A stretch of 64,000 nucleotides of DNA, taken from NCBI GenBank assembly GCA_963801815.1, contig CAWDGJ010000003.1, positions 864,001 through 928,000 of the forward strand. The letters are read 5' to 3'. Of this stretch, positions 10,149-22,838 are shown piece after piece. The notes beneath the pieces are model-generated. The model was not told the origin of the DNA. It saw nothing but the letters and a program-made list of their open reading frames with translations, and ran no database searches. The DNA is from an uncultured Verrucomicrobiae bacterium. Its GTDB lineage: Bacteria; Verrucomicrobiota; Verrucomicrobiia; Chthoniobacterales; UBA10450. A program made the translations under genes and the position numbers. Within the stretch, counting starts at the first letter, position 1; every line of letters begins with the position of its first letter.

Positions 10149-11780
10149 ATGGCCCGGATATCGACATCTTCTGGCGAACCGCTGCGAGAGTTTTGCCGTG
10201 AGATTCTGAAGCAGGAGGCAATCCTTCGCCAGGGCGGCGGAAAGGCTGGGCTCGAACGGCAACGCAAGCTTGGTCGCTTGCCCGCGCGGGAGCGAATATC
10301 GCAGCTTCTTGATAAAGACGCGCAATTTTTGGAGATCGGACTTTGGGCCGCCTACAAGATGTATCAAGAGTGGGGGAACATCGTAGCTGCTGGGACGGTC
10401 GCGGGCATAGGTCCCGTTTGTGGCGTTCCGTGCATGATCATTGCCAATGACGCGACGGTGAAGGCAGGTGCGTTCTTTCCAGCGACGTGCAAAAAACTTC
10501 TGCGCGCGCAGCGGATCGCGTTCGAATGCTCCTTGCCGATTATCTATCTCGTCGACTCCGCTGGTGTTTTCTTGCCAATGCAGGATGAGATTTTTCCCGA
10601 TGAAGACGATTTCGGTCGCATCTTCCGCAATAACTCAGTGATTTCCGCCGCTGGAATCCCACAGTTCGCAGCGATTATGGGTAACTGCGTGGCTGGCGGC
10701 GCGTATTTGCCGGTTCTCTGCGATAAAATCCTCATGACTGAAGGCAGCGGCCTTTATCTGGCGGGTCCGTCGCTGGTCAAAGCCGCCATCGGACAAATTG
10801 TCGATCAAGAAGAACTCGGCGGCGCCAAAATGCACTCCGAGGTCAGTGGAACAGTCGATTTCTACGAAAAGACCGATGAGTCTTGTCTGAAGAGGTTGCG
10901 CTCCCTCGTTTCCTTGTTGCCCGAAGCGGCTGGTTCTGGCGTGACGAAGAACGACACCAAGGCGCTAAAACCTGCGAAGAGTCCGGACTCGCTCTACGAC
11001 CTAATCAGTCTCGACGGCCAGAAAAACTACGATGCGCGTGATTTGCTGGCGGCAGTGGTCGACGCCGATTCGCTCGACGAATACAAGGCGGATTACGGCA
11101 AAACGTTAATCACGACTTATGCGCGGATCGGCGGTCGTGCGGTTGGAATTATTGCCAGCCAGCGCTTGCAGGTGCGGACCAAAAAAGAAGGCATTCAAAT
11201 GGGCGGCGTGATTTATTCGGATAGCGCCGACAAAGCCGCGCGCTTCGTGATGGATTGTAATCAAGACGGATTGCCCATTATCTTTTTTCAGGATGTGACT
11301 GGATTCATGGTCGGGCGCGATGCCGAACAAAGCGGAATCATTCGCAGCGGTGCCAAGCTCGTGAACGCGGTCAGCAATTCGGTCGTACCAAAAATCACAG
11401 TCGTGGTTGGCGGTTCTTTCGGCGCCGGTAACTATGCCCTCTGTGGCAAAGCCTATGATCCTCGCTTCATATTAGCGTGGCCAAACGCCCGCTATGCCGT
11501 GATGGGTGCAGCGCAAGCGTCCGACACGGTCTTTTCAATTCTCGCACGCGCACGGGATCGCGGTGACAAAAAAGCGTCCCACGAAGAGTTGGAGGAGCTG
11601 CGCAAGAAAGTGAAAGGGAGCTACGAGGAGCAAACCGATATTCGTTACGGCGCTGCCCGCGGGTGGGTTGATGCGATCATTCAACCCGACGAAACGCGCG
11701 GCGTTTTGGTTCAATTGCTTCAGTACGTGTCTCGCCCAATGCCGAAGGCGCGTTTCCACACCGGCGTGATCCAGGTGTGA
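10149..11780 (+). CDS. Acyl-CoA carboxylase carboxyltransferase subunit (methylcrotonyl-CoA carboxylase beta-like)
   Basis: ANDATVKAG, YLVDSAG, GNCVAGGAY, EELGGAKMH, QDVTGFMVG, GSFGAGNY. Confidence 0.9.
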   Translation: MARISTSSGEPLREFCREILKQEAILRQGGGKAGLERQRKLGRLPARERISQLLDKDAQFLEIGLWAAYKMYQEWGNIVAAGTVAGIGPVCGVPCMIIANDATVKAGAFFPATCKKLLRAQRIAFECSLPIIYLVDSAGVFLPMQDEIFPDEDDFGRIFRNNSVISAAGIPQFAAIMGNCVAGGAYLPVLCDKILMTEGSGLYLAGPSLVKAAIGQIVDQEELGGAKMHSEVSGTVDFYEKTDESCLKRLRSLVSLLPEAAGSGVTKNDTKALKPAKSPDSLYDLISLDGQKNYDARDLLAAVVDADSLDEYKADYGKTLITTYARIGGRAVGIIASQRLQVRTKKEGIQMGGVIYSDSADKAARFVMDCNQDGLPIIFFQDVTGFMVGRDAEQSGIIRSGAKLVNAVSNSVVPKITVVVGGSFGAGNYALCGKAYDPRFILAWPNARYAVMGAAQASDTVFSILARARDRGDKKASHEELEELRKKVKGSYEEQTDIRYGAARGWVDAIIQPDETRGVLVQLLQYVSRPMPKARFHTGVIQV

Positions 11781-11811
11781 CTCATTTAACGAGTCAGTGA
11801 ATTAACGAATT

Positions 11812-12585
11812 ATGGAACCGATGCCAGTCCTTCTGATCGACAAATCGAGCCCGCAAATAACGATTGCAACGCTGAATCGTCCCGAGAGACGCAACTCGTT
11901 AACGATTGAGCTGTTGGATGAACTGATTTCTGCAATCGACGTCGCGTCGAATCAACCAGAATCACGGGTGCTGATTTTGCGCGGCGCGGGAGCGGCGTTT
12001 TGCACAGGTCTCGATTTGAAAGAGGCGGCTGATCAAACGAAAGCACACGCGACTGCGGAGATGGTCGCGAAAGCTTTGATCACCATCGCCGAGACGCGAC
12101 TCATTACGATCGCGGCGGTCCATGGCGCAGCAGTAGCGGGTGGCGCCGGTATCATGTCGGCCTGCGATTACGTTGTCGCCGCCGAAAAGACGAAGATCGG
12201 CTATCCGGAAGTGCGTCGCGGACTTGTTGCTGGATTAGTGATGACTTTCTTGCGGCGGCAAGTGGGCGAGCGGAACCTGCGCGAACTCGTCCTCGGCGGC
12301 GAGCTGATTGAGGCGGAACGCGCCCACCAGATTGGTTTAGTTAATCGAATTGTGCCGCGTGACGAGCTGATGGATGCAGCGCAGAAGTTCGCCGATTCTG
12401 TTTTGCAAGGCGCACCGAATGCGCTCGCAAACACCAAGAAACTGATTGAAGAACTTTGGCCGACGTCGGTGAAAGACGATGTCGATCTTGCGTTAAAGCA
12501 TCACATGCAAGCGCGTGAGTCCGAAGAAGCACGCGAAGGCATCGCGGCGTTCAACGAAAAGCGTAAACCGAACTGGGCGAGGTGA
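11812..12585 (+). CDS. Enoyl-CoA hydratase/isomerase (methylglutaconyl-CoA hydratase-like)
   Basis: TLNRPERRN, FCTGLDL, AVHGAAVAGG, PEVRRG, EAREGIAAFNEKRKP; adjacent to the carboxyltransferase. Confidence 0.88.
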   Translation: MEPMPVLLIDKSSPQITIATLNRPERRNSLTIELLDELISAIDVASNQPESRVLILRGAGAAFCTGLDLKEAADQTKAHATAEMVAKALITIAETRLITIAAVHGAAVAGGAGIMSACDYVVAAEKTKIGYPEVRRGLVAGLVMTFLRRQVGERNLRELVLGGELIEAERAHQIGLVNRIVPRDELMDAAQKFADSVLQGAPNALANTKKLIEELWPTSVKDDVDLALKHHMQARESEEAREGIAAFNEKRKPNWAR

Positions 12586-12592
12586 TACCAGG

Positions 12593-13021
12593 CTACGCCG
12601 GTCGTGCTGTGCCTTGGTATTGGGCGCTCCCAAAGCCAAGGATTGGATAGAAAATAAAAGGCAAAAAGACTAATCCAAGCGCGAAGCCAACGCCTTTGCC
12701 GAATGCTTTGGCAACGTCGATGCAAAGGATGATGATGATGATGAAGTTCACCAGCGGGATGAACATTAGAATCAGCCACCAACCTGGGCGTCCTGCGACT
12801 TTGCAGAAAAAATAAAGATTCAAAATCGGGATAATCGCCGCCCAACCCGGTTGTCCAGCTTTGCTGAACATCTTCCACCAAGCGGCGATCATTAGGACCA
12901 TAACGATCGTCCAGCAGATCCAAAAAGCAGGACCCGGCGGATTGCCCGACCTGGAGTACGAGTAATCGAAGCTCGCTTGGGCGAAGAACAAACACGGCAC
13001 GAAGTTAATCAGGGATATCAT
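12593..13021 (-). CDS. Small membrane protein (DUF5684-like)
   Basis: WKMFSKAGQPGWAAIIPILN..GRPGWW..AKAFGKGVGFA..LGFGSAQY pattern. Confidence 0.8.
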   Translation of the reverse strand: MISLINFVPCLFFAQASFDYSYSRSGNPPGPAFWICWTIVMVLMIAAWWKMFSKAGQPGWAAIIPILNLYFFCKVAGRPGWWLILMFIPLVNFIIIIILCIDVAKAFGKGVGFALGLVFLPFIFYPILGFGSAQYQGTARPA

Positions 13022-13203
13022 AGCGTTAAAACTTTGAAAGATGCAGGGTTAGCGTGCTGGCCTGAACTGAGCAAGAACAAATCTGTCGCGATCGAAGATT
13101 AAGAAAATCAAGGAATTGGCCGGGGCGAAGACGGACAGGGCGTTGGCAAATGGGCCGGACGAGATCGAAGTCAATCCCACCGCAGTGAGACCTCTCGAGT
13201 ACT

Positions 13204-13948
13204 TTATTCGGTTGACAACGAAACTTCGTCGGCGACGCGCTGCAAGCGGAGGGCGGTTTCTTTTGGCAATCCGTCGTAAAACCTGGAACCGGTTGCCGGG
13301 GTGTTGAAGACAGTGCGAAAAAGGACTGCAGCGGCAAGGTACGTTCCGGACGGCGACGGATGTTGCGTTCCATCAAGTAACTGAATGTCAGGGATAGCGC
13401 GATGTGCGTGCTGCCATGCTATGCCCACAGGGGCAAGTGTAGCGCCAACGTTTTTCGCGAGTGACGAATAGGCAGAATTCAATCGCCTTTGCATTTCAGC
13501 CGGCGTTCCGCCGGACGTTTGATCTTTATAGTACCGAATCCCCCGCGGGCCGCGCCCACGTCGAAAACAAGATCGTTTTCGCATGAACACGATCCGCTTC
13601 GGCCTTAAGACGCGCCGCGTAGTACGCGAAATTCTGAGGTGTGGACAATGGTTCCGTGCTCTGACCCTGGAGAATGAGGTAGTTCGGATGCTGCTCACGC
13701 AACAAGGCGATGGCCTCGCCGCGTTTCCAATGGTCGTAAAGCATCGCTCCGCCCGGCGTGATTGATTTCACATCGACCTCGGCATGCAGCATCGATTCGG
13801 CTGCGAATTTTTTGAAGACCTCGGGTAAATTGTTTACCTGAGTGAGACTGTTGCCGACGAACAAGACCGAAATGCTTGCTGCTACAGGGCTGCTTCTCGC
13901 AACAAAACTTAAGAAAAACAGAAGCAGCCCGAATCGGGATTTGTGCAC
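13204..13948 (-). CDS. SGNH/GDSL hydrolase-like secreted protein (frameshift near 13535)
   Basis: N-part (ORF 13526..13990) VLFVGNSLT..LILQGQS..STWARP; C-part (ORF 13204..13698) APVGIAW..DGTQHPSPSGTYLAA. Start placed at GTG 13948, uncertain. Confidence 0.75.
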
Positions 13949-13959
13949 AGCTGAACTGT

Positions 13960-13975
13960 TGCAAGGCGCGTGCCG
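13960..13975 (-). promoter_or_regulatory. Putative sigma-54 (-24/-12) promoter
   Basis: Minus strand CGGCACGCGCCTTGCA, GG-N10-GC spacing, directly upstream of the SGNH hydrolase. Confidence 0.45.
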
Positions 13976-14087
13976 TTTTCTACTTCCCAATTTCTAAATC
14001 TTTTTGCGGACCTTTTCGTGTAAAGGAAGCTAGCATTAAGAACGTCGCGCGAGAGTTCATCATTCACTATAAAATTTGACCGCTGGG

Positions 14088-14122
14088 CGATTCAACGGTT
14101 CAACGATGTAACGATTTAACGA
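14088..14122. repeat. Octamer tandem repeat (CGATTTAA family), single arm upstream of obgE
   Basis: CGATTCAA CGGTTCAA CGATGTAA CGATTTAA CGA. Confidence 0.8.
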
Positions 14123-14131
14123 AGCCAAGCC

Positions 14132-15202
14132 ATGTTTGTCGATCGAATCAAAGTTTTTGCGCAGGCGGGAAACGGCGGCCGCGGGTCGGTCAGTTTTCGG
14201 CGAGAGAAGTTTGTACCGAAAGGCGGACCGGATGGCGGCGACGGCGGCCGAGGCGGTGACGTGATCCTGCGCGCCGATCTCCACGTCGACAATCTTTCCA
14301 ATCTTTTCTACGAGCCGATCATCAAGGCCAAGAACGGCGCACACGGAATGGGGAAGAAGATGCACGGCCGCTCGGCCCCCAATAAAGTCGTGAGAGTGCC
14401 GGTTGGAACAATCGTATGGAAGGATGAAGGCGGAAGGATGAAGGATGAAAATGAGAAGACACCCATTGCAACAACTTCATCCCTCATCCCTCATCCTTCA
14501 TCCTTAACTGCCATTATCGATCTTACTCGCGACGGCCAAGAGTTTGTTCTCTGCGAAGGCGGCAAAGGCGGCAAGGGCAATGTGCATTTTAAGAGTTCGC
14601 GAAACCGTGCACCCCGCGAGTACACCGAAGGCGAAGAAGGCGAACAAGGCCATTTCCTTTTGGAGCTTCGTACGATCGCAGACGCAGGCTTGATCGGTTA
14701 TCCGAACGCCGGCAAATCGACGCTCCTTCGAAAAATCTCCGCGGCGCGGCCCAAGGTCGCGGCCTATCCGTTCACAACTTTGCACCCGATCATAGGCGTA
14801 GTTGAACTTTCCGAGTACCGCCGGATGACAATCGCCGACATTCCGGGATTGATCGAAGGCGCGCACAAAGGCGTTGGGCTCGGTCACGAATTTCTTCGCC
14901 ACGTGACCCGGTGCCGAATTTTTCTTTTCGTTGTCGACACGGCGGGCAGCGAAGGACGCAATCCCGTAGAAGACATTCAAAATCTCAGGCGCGAGCTCGA
15001 CCTCTACGATCCGCGATTGTCCGAAAGGTCATGGTCCATTGTCGCCAACAAGATGGATTTGCCGGTCGCGAACGAAAATCTGAACGCGCTGCGAAAAAAG
15101 TTTCCGAAGATCGACATCGTGCCAATTTCAGCGGCGAAAGGCGAGGGGATCGAGGAATTAAAGAAGAAGCTCCGGCAATGGCTCGAAGTGCCGCCGGACT
15201 AA
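14132..15202 (+). CDS. obgE: GTPase ObgE/CgtA with in-frame repeat insertion
   Basis: MFVDRIKVFAQAGNGG..FRREKFVPKGGPDGGDGGRGG, GYPNAGKST, YPFTTL, DIPGLIEGA, NKMD. Confidence 0.97.
   Translation: MFVDRIKVFAQAGNGGRGSVSFRREKFVPKGGPDGGDGGRGGDVILRADLHVDNLSNLFYEPIIKAKNGAHGMGKKMHGRSAPNKVVRVPVGTIVWKDEGGRMKDENEKTPIATTSSLIPHPSSLTAIIDLTRDGQEFVLCEGGKGGKGNVHFKSSRNRAPREYTEGEEGEQGHFLLELRTIADAGLIGYPNAGKSTLLRKISAARPKVAAYPFTTLHPIIGVVELSEYRRMTIADIPGLIEGAHKGVGLGHEFLRHVTRCRIFLFVVDTAGSEGRNPVEDIQNLRRELDLYDPRLSERSWSIVANKMDLPVANENLNALRKKFPKIDIVPISAAKGEGIEELKKKLRQWLEVPPD
14420..14505. repeat. Heptamer (GGATGAA) inverted repeat in frame within obgE
   Basis: AAGGATGAAGGCGGAAGGATGAAGGATGAA (14420-14449) vs TTCATCCCTCATCCCTCATCCTTCATCCTT (14476-14505), 26/30 complementary. 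Confidence 0.9.
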
Positions 15203-15343
15203 GACCAAAGTCCAAGATTTTTCGCGCGGACAGCTTGTTATTCTCACAAAATAGGCTTTGGTATCCGCGTCAAGATTCGCGGCTCGATTTCCGAGCGCGG
15301 GAGATCACGGGGTGGATGCCTGTGACCTTGGCGATTAACCGAA

Positions 15344-16242
15344 ATGCGCAACCGTTATTTACCGATGTCGCTCCTGACGCTGGTCTTCAGCGCAGCCCTC
15401 GCGACTTCCGGGCTGGCGGCGGAGGCCGAACCGGCTGAGCACGGCGTTTCTCTGAAGCCGCAGATGCTGGTCGACTTCGGCAAAGGCTTCGGAATTACAA
15501 ACTCCATGCTCGTGACGTGGGTCGTAGCAGGCGCCATCATTGTCTTTGCGCAAATCGCCACCCGCAGAGTCCAAGCGATTCCGAGCGGCATCCAGAATTT
15601 CTGGGAATGGCTGGTCGAAGGTCTCCACAATTTCTTCGAAAGCATCATTGGTCGCGAGCTGGTAAATAAGAGGTTTTGGTTTTTCGCGACGATTTTCATT
15701 TTCATCCTGTTCGTGAACTGGTTCGGATTGATCCCGGGCATCGGCACCATCGGTTGGGGTCACTACGATCCGTCAGGAAACTTTCACGTCGATCGACCGC
15801 TGTTTCGTGGCGGTAACGCGGATTTGAACATGACCATCGCGATGTCCGCGATCTTCTTCGTCCTCTGGATTGTCTGGGCGATCCAGGCCAACGGCGTCGG
15901 TGGATTCCTGAAACACATCTTCGGGCCGAAAGGTGAGACTACCGGAATCATGAAGGTCCTCATGGTCGTGATCTTCTTCATGGTCGGCTGGCTCGAAGTG
16001 ATTTCGATACTGTTTCGACCGATCTCGCTCAGCTTTCGGTTGTTCGGAAATATTTACGCCGGCGAAAGCATTCTCGAAGCGATGTCCACCATGGTTCCGT
16101 CGCTGTCGCAATCCTGCCGATTCCGTTTTATTTTATGGAAGTGCTCGTCGGATTCGTGCAGGCGCTCGTTTTCATGCTGTTGACCGCGGTCTTCACGATG
16201 TTGATTGCAGAACACCAGGAGGGACCGGAACACGCACACTAA
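15344..16242 (+). CDS. atpB: ATP synthase F0 subunit a (frameshift near 16110)
   Basis: [37 protein letters not shown]; the C-terminus [25 protein letters not shown] is in another frame ending 16242. Confidence 0.93.
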
Positions 16243-16288
16243 TTTTCGGCGATCTCATGAAGAGATCGCCAAAACCAACCAAAAAAAT

Positions 16289-16501
16289 ATGATACTACCA
16301 ATACTGGCAGAAATGAGCGGAAGCATTCACGTCGGCCTCGCCGCGATGGGCGTCGGAATCGGAGTCGGTCTGACCGGCATGGGAATGACCACCGCGGTCG
16401 GTCGCAATCCGGGCGCGTCCACGCCGATTCTGGTGCAGGCGATTCTCGCGATCGCTTTCACGGAAGCGATCGTGTTCTACGCTCTGTTTCTCGTTCACTA
16501 A
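16289..16501 (+). CDS. atpE: ATP synthase F0 subunit c
   Basis: GxGxGxG repeat, AVGRNP loop, conserved Glu in AFTEAIVFY. Confidence 0.93.
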   Translation: MILPILAEMSGSIHVGLAAMGVGIGVGLTGMGMTTAVGRNPGASTPILVQAILAIAFTEAIVFYALFLVH

Positions 16502-16542
16502 TTAACCGAGGGGGCAATCGGTTTACGCCCGCGCTTTACATT

Positions 16543-17080
16543 ATGAATATGATAATTGCCGCCACCAGCGGAGGCGCCGCTGATATTTTGCGCGAAACAG
16601 CCGAGACGTTCGGCTGGAATTGGAAGTTGTTTCTCTCGCAGGTCATCAGCTTCTGCATCGTCGCGTTTCTTCTCCGGCGGTTCGCCTACAAACCGATCCT
16701 GGCCGTGCTGGAAGAGCGCCGCCGCAAGATCGCAGAAGGCCAGCTGAATGCGGAGAAGATCGAAAGAGCTCGCTGACGCGGAGCAGCGCTATCAGGAAAT
16801 TCTCGCAAAGGGCAACGCCGAAGCGCAGAAGATGATCGACGAAGCGCGCGCCAGCGCCGCCCATTGTCCGAGCGCAAACAGCAGGAAGCGATCGCGGCGG
16901 CGGAGCAAATCCTGGCCAAGGCGCGGGAGGCCGCGGCATCGAGCATGAGCGCACAATGAGGCCTTGAAGCGCGAACTCGGCCGGCTCGTTGTCGACACGA
17001 CGGCGAAAGTCACCGGCAAAGTGCTGACGCCGGACGATCAAAGGCGTTTGCAGGAAGAAGCGGCCCGCCAGGTCGCCTGA
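16543..17080 (+). CDS. atpF: ATP synthase F0 subunit b (several frameshifts)
   Basis: SQVISFCIVAFLLRRFAYKPILAVLEERRRKI; continues in other frames (ELADAEQRYQEIL...; KVTGKVLTPDDQRRLQEEAARQVA*). Confidence 0.88.
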
Positions 17081-17473
17081 TGAAGAATCAGCAAGGAAAT
17101 CCGTCAGCTTTCGCGAGAAATGCTGCGCGCCAGTTTCACGGACGGCCGCCTCGATCGCGGAAAGATCGGCTCAATCGTGCAATCGCTGATCACCAAGAAG
17201 CCGCGCAATCTCATTCACGTCCTCGAAAATTACCAAGCGCCTGCTTCGTCTCGAGATCGAGAAGCGACACGCCACGATCGAGAGCGCGACGCAACTGACG
17301 CCGGAAACGGCGACCAAGATCGTCGACCGGCTCAAGCAAAAATACGGCGCGGACCTGACGACGGAATTCGTCGTCAATCCGATCCTTCTCGGCGGCGTGC
17401 GCGTCCGCGTCGGCAGCGACGTCTGGGACAGCAGTGTGCGCAATCGTCTGGAGCGCTTCAGCAACAACTTTAA
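17080..17473 (+). CDS. atpH: ATP synthase F1 subunit delta, short form (several frameshifts)
   Basis: Reconstructed MKISKEIRQLSREMLRASF...ATIESATQL...NPILLGGVRVRVGSDVWDSSVRNRL; lies between atpF and atpA. Confidence 0.85.
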
Positions 17474-17485
17474 CCAACGAAAACC

Positions 17486-19018
<1,533 letters not shown>

Positions 19019-19029
19019 TTTAAACGAAA

Positions 19030-19905
19030 ATGGCAAACACGCAGGACATACGGCGCCGGATCAAATCGATCCGCAACACGGCCAGATCACGAAGGCGATG
19101 CAGATGGTCGCGGCTTCGAAGATGCGCAACGCGCAGCAGCACGCGCTCGCTGGCCGTCCTTATGCCGAGTTGATGAACCGGGTGCTCGTCTCGCTTCAGA
19201 AACGCACCGATCCGACGCTTCATCCGCTTCTTCAGGTCCGCGAGCTCAAGAAAGAACTCGTTTTCATCATTAGCACCGACAAGGGCCTTGCCGGCGCGTT
19301 AAACACAAACCTCTTTCGCGAGGCCGCGAACTTCGACCCGGCGAAGACCGCGTTCATCGTGACGGGCAAAAAGGCGCGGCAGTTTATCGCCCGAACAAAG
19401 CGCGAGTTGCTCGCTGATTTCGAATTAAAGGATGCGCCGAGCTTCGTCGAGACCAAGGCGATTTCGAAATTCTGCATCGAGAAATTTCTCACCCGCGAAG
19501 TCGACAAGGTCACCGTGCTCTACACCCATTTCATTAACACGATCAATCAGAAGCCGGTGGCCCAAACCTTGCTGCCGATCAGTAAATTTGATTTGCCGAA
19601 AGGCGAGTCCACTGAGTCCGGCGCGACCGATGTCGATCCGATGCTCGGTTACATTTTTGAGCCGAACGCACAGGAAGTGCTCGACTTCATGCTGCCGTAT
19701 TATCTTGCAGTATCAGGTTTACCAGATGATCCTCGATGCGCGTGCTTCCGAGCACAGCGCGCGAATGGTCGCGATGAAGAACGCGACCGACAACGCGAAC
19801 CAGTTCATCAAGGATCTGACCCTCGAATACAACAAGATGCGCCAGGCCAGCATCACGACCGAATTGCTCGAGATCTCGACCGCGCAGATGGCGCTCGGCG
19901 GTTAG
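19030..19905 (+). CDS. atpG: ATP synthase F1 subunit gamma (frameshifts near 19083 and 19705)
   Basis: [17 protein letters not shown] | [17 protein letters not shown] | [34 protein letters not shown]. Confidence 0.93.
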
Positions 19906-21333
<1,428 letters not shown>

Positions 21334-21339
21334 ATAGAA

Positions 21340-21750
21340 ATGGCCGCGACGCTCAAACTTGAGATCGTTACACCTGAGGAGAAAATTTATTCCGAAGATG
21401 TGGAGATGGTCACGCTTCCCGGAGCGGAAGGCGAGCTCGGCGTTTACCCTAACCACGTTCCTGTCCTGACCACGTTGAAGCCGGGCGAGTTGCGTGTCCT
21501 GAAAGACGGACGAGCGACGGCGATGGCCGTTGGCGAAGGTTTTGTCGAGATCAAAGCGGACAGTATTTCGGTTTTAACCGACATGGCGCTCCAATCCGAG
21601 AAGATCGATCTCGCGGCCGCCGAAGCTGCGGTCGCTCGGGCGCAGGCGGCGATGAAGGAAGACACCTCGCCGGAGCAATTGGTGGCGATTCAGGCGTCGT
21701 TGTCAAAGGCGCTCGCGCAATTGCACGTCCGCCGCCGTCATCACTCGTAG
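21340..21750 (+). CDS. atpC: ATP synthase F1 subunit epsilon
   Basis: LKLEIVTPE..PGAEGELGVYPNH..GFVEI. Confidence 0.95.
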   Translation: MAATLKLEIVTPEEKIYSEDVEMVTLPGAEGELGVYPNHVPVLTTLKPGELRVLKDGRATAMAVGEGFVEIKADSISVLTDMALQSEKIDLAAAEAAVARAQAAMKEDTSPEQLVAIQASLSKALAQLHVRRRHHS

Positions 21751-21759
21751 TCGGATACT

Positions 21760-22569
21760 TTGCAGACCCCGGAGATTCTCGGAATCATTGCGGGCAACGG
21801 CGTTTACCCGAAAGTTTTAACGTCCGCCGCTCGCAAAGGTGGTGTCAAAAAAATAATCGCCGCCGCGTTCACGGATGAAACAGATCCGTCGATCGACCAG
21901 CAGGCGGACGTCGTCGAATGGTTGCGAGTCGGTCAGTTAGGCCGGCTGCTAAAATTGTTTCGTGACCACAAAGTTCGCCAGGCGATCATGGCCGGGCAGA
22001 TCGCGCCGAAGAATCTCTTCGATTTGCGGCCGGACGTAAAAGCGCTTGTCGTTCTCGCGAAGTTGAAACGGCGTAACGCCGAATCCATTTTCACTGCGAT
22101 CGCCGACGAGTTGAAGAAGGTGGATGTCAATCTTCTGCCGGCGACGGCATTTCTGGATGACCAACTCGCCACCAAAGGTCTGATTGCCGGAGCCAAGTTA
22201 TCGCGCGCGGAAGAGAACGATGTCGATCTTGGTTGGAGTGTCGCCAAGGAAATTGCGCGGCTCGATATCGGCCAGACCATCATTGTAAAAAACGGAACTG
22301 TACTCGCGGTTGAAGCGTTTGAGGGAACAAATGACGCGATCCAGCGCGGCGGAGCGCTCGCGCGCGACGGCACGGTCATGATCAAGGTCGCAAAGCCGAA
22401 CCAGGACATGCGCTTCGACGTCCCGGTAATCGGCGTTGAAACAATCAAAATCGCCGCCGAGGCAAATCTTCGTGTGATCGCGGTTGAAGCAGGAAAAACC
22501 TTGCTGCTTGAGCGCGACAAAGTTGTCGATCTCGCGCGACGCTCCAAAATTTCGATCGTCGCAAGGTAA
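21760..22569 (+). CDS. lpxI: UDP-2,3-diacylglucosamine pyrophosphatase LpxI
   Basis: LGIIAGNG, LDIGQT, AVEAFEGT, KPNQDMRFDVPVIG. Confidence 0.9.
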   Translation: MQTPEILGIIAGNGVYPKVLTSAARKGGVKKIIAAAFTDETDPSIDQQADVVEWLRVGQLGRLLKLFRDHKVRQAIMAGQIAPKNLFDLRPDVKALVVLAKLKRRNAESIFTAIADELKKVDVNLLPATAFLDDQLATKGLIAGAKLSRAEENDVDLGWSVAKEIARLDIGQTIIVKNGTVLAVEAFEGTNDAIQRGGALARDGTVMIKVAKPNQDMRFDVPVIGVETIKIAAEANLRVIAVEAGKTLLLERDKVVDLARRSKISIVAR

Positions 22570-22707
22570 ATGGAGCCTAGGGGATTATCCAAAGCTGCGC
22601 TTTGGCTCCGGTCTAAGAGCTTCGCTTCTAACCCTGCGCTTCGCGCCCCGCCGGTCGAACAAGATTCTCATCCCCTGCAAGGTCATTTGATTTCGCTCTG
22701 CGAAATT
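22570..22707. repeat. tRNA-linked element starting with a 17-bp duplicate of the tRNA-Ala 3' end
   Basis: ATGGAGCCTAGGGGATT at 22570-22586 and 22708-22724; internal inverted pair AGGGGAT...ATCCCCT. Confidence 0.8.
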
Positions 22708-22708
22708 A

Positions 22709-22781
22709 TGGAGCCTAGGGGATTCGAACCCCTGACCTCCTCAATGCCATTGAGGCGCTCTACCAACTGAGCTAAGACCCC
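22709..22781 (-). tRNA. tRNA-Ala (GGC), CCA not encoded
   Basis: Minus strand GGGGTCTTAGCTCAGTTGGTAGAGCGCCTCAATGGCATTGAGGAGGTCAGGGGTTCGAATCCCCTAGGCTCCA: cloverleaf, GGC anticodon, G3:U70 pair. Confidence 0.97.
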
Positions 22782-22790
22782 GCTTGAAGA

Positions 22791-22825
22791 ATTGTAGATT
22801 GTAGATTTTCGATTGTAGATTGCAA
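22791..22825. repeat. Heptamer tandem repeat (ATTGTAG), single arm
   Basis: ATTGTAG ATTGTAG ATTTTCG ATTGTAG ATTGCAA. Confidence 0.85.
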
Positions 22826-22838
22826 ACACGAGTCCACG

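Noticed and set aside
13026..13376. 116-aa minus-strand ORF
   Set aside because: Overlaps the SGNH hydrolase C-terminal frame and has no recognisable features.
16289..16501. Na+-translocating or N-type ATPase
   Set aside because: Subunit c has E followed by A rather than the Q...ES/T sodium motif, and gene order is the standard atpBEFHAGDC.
22570..22724. Prophage or genomic island at tRNA-Ala
   Set aside because: The att-like repeats are only 138 bp apart and no integrase or phage gene is present.
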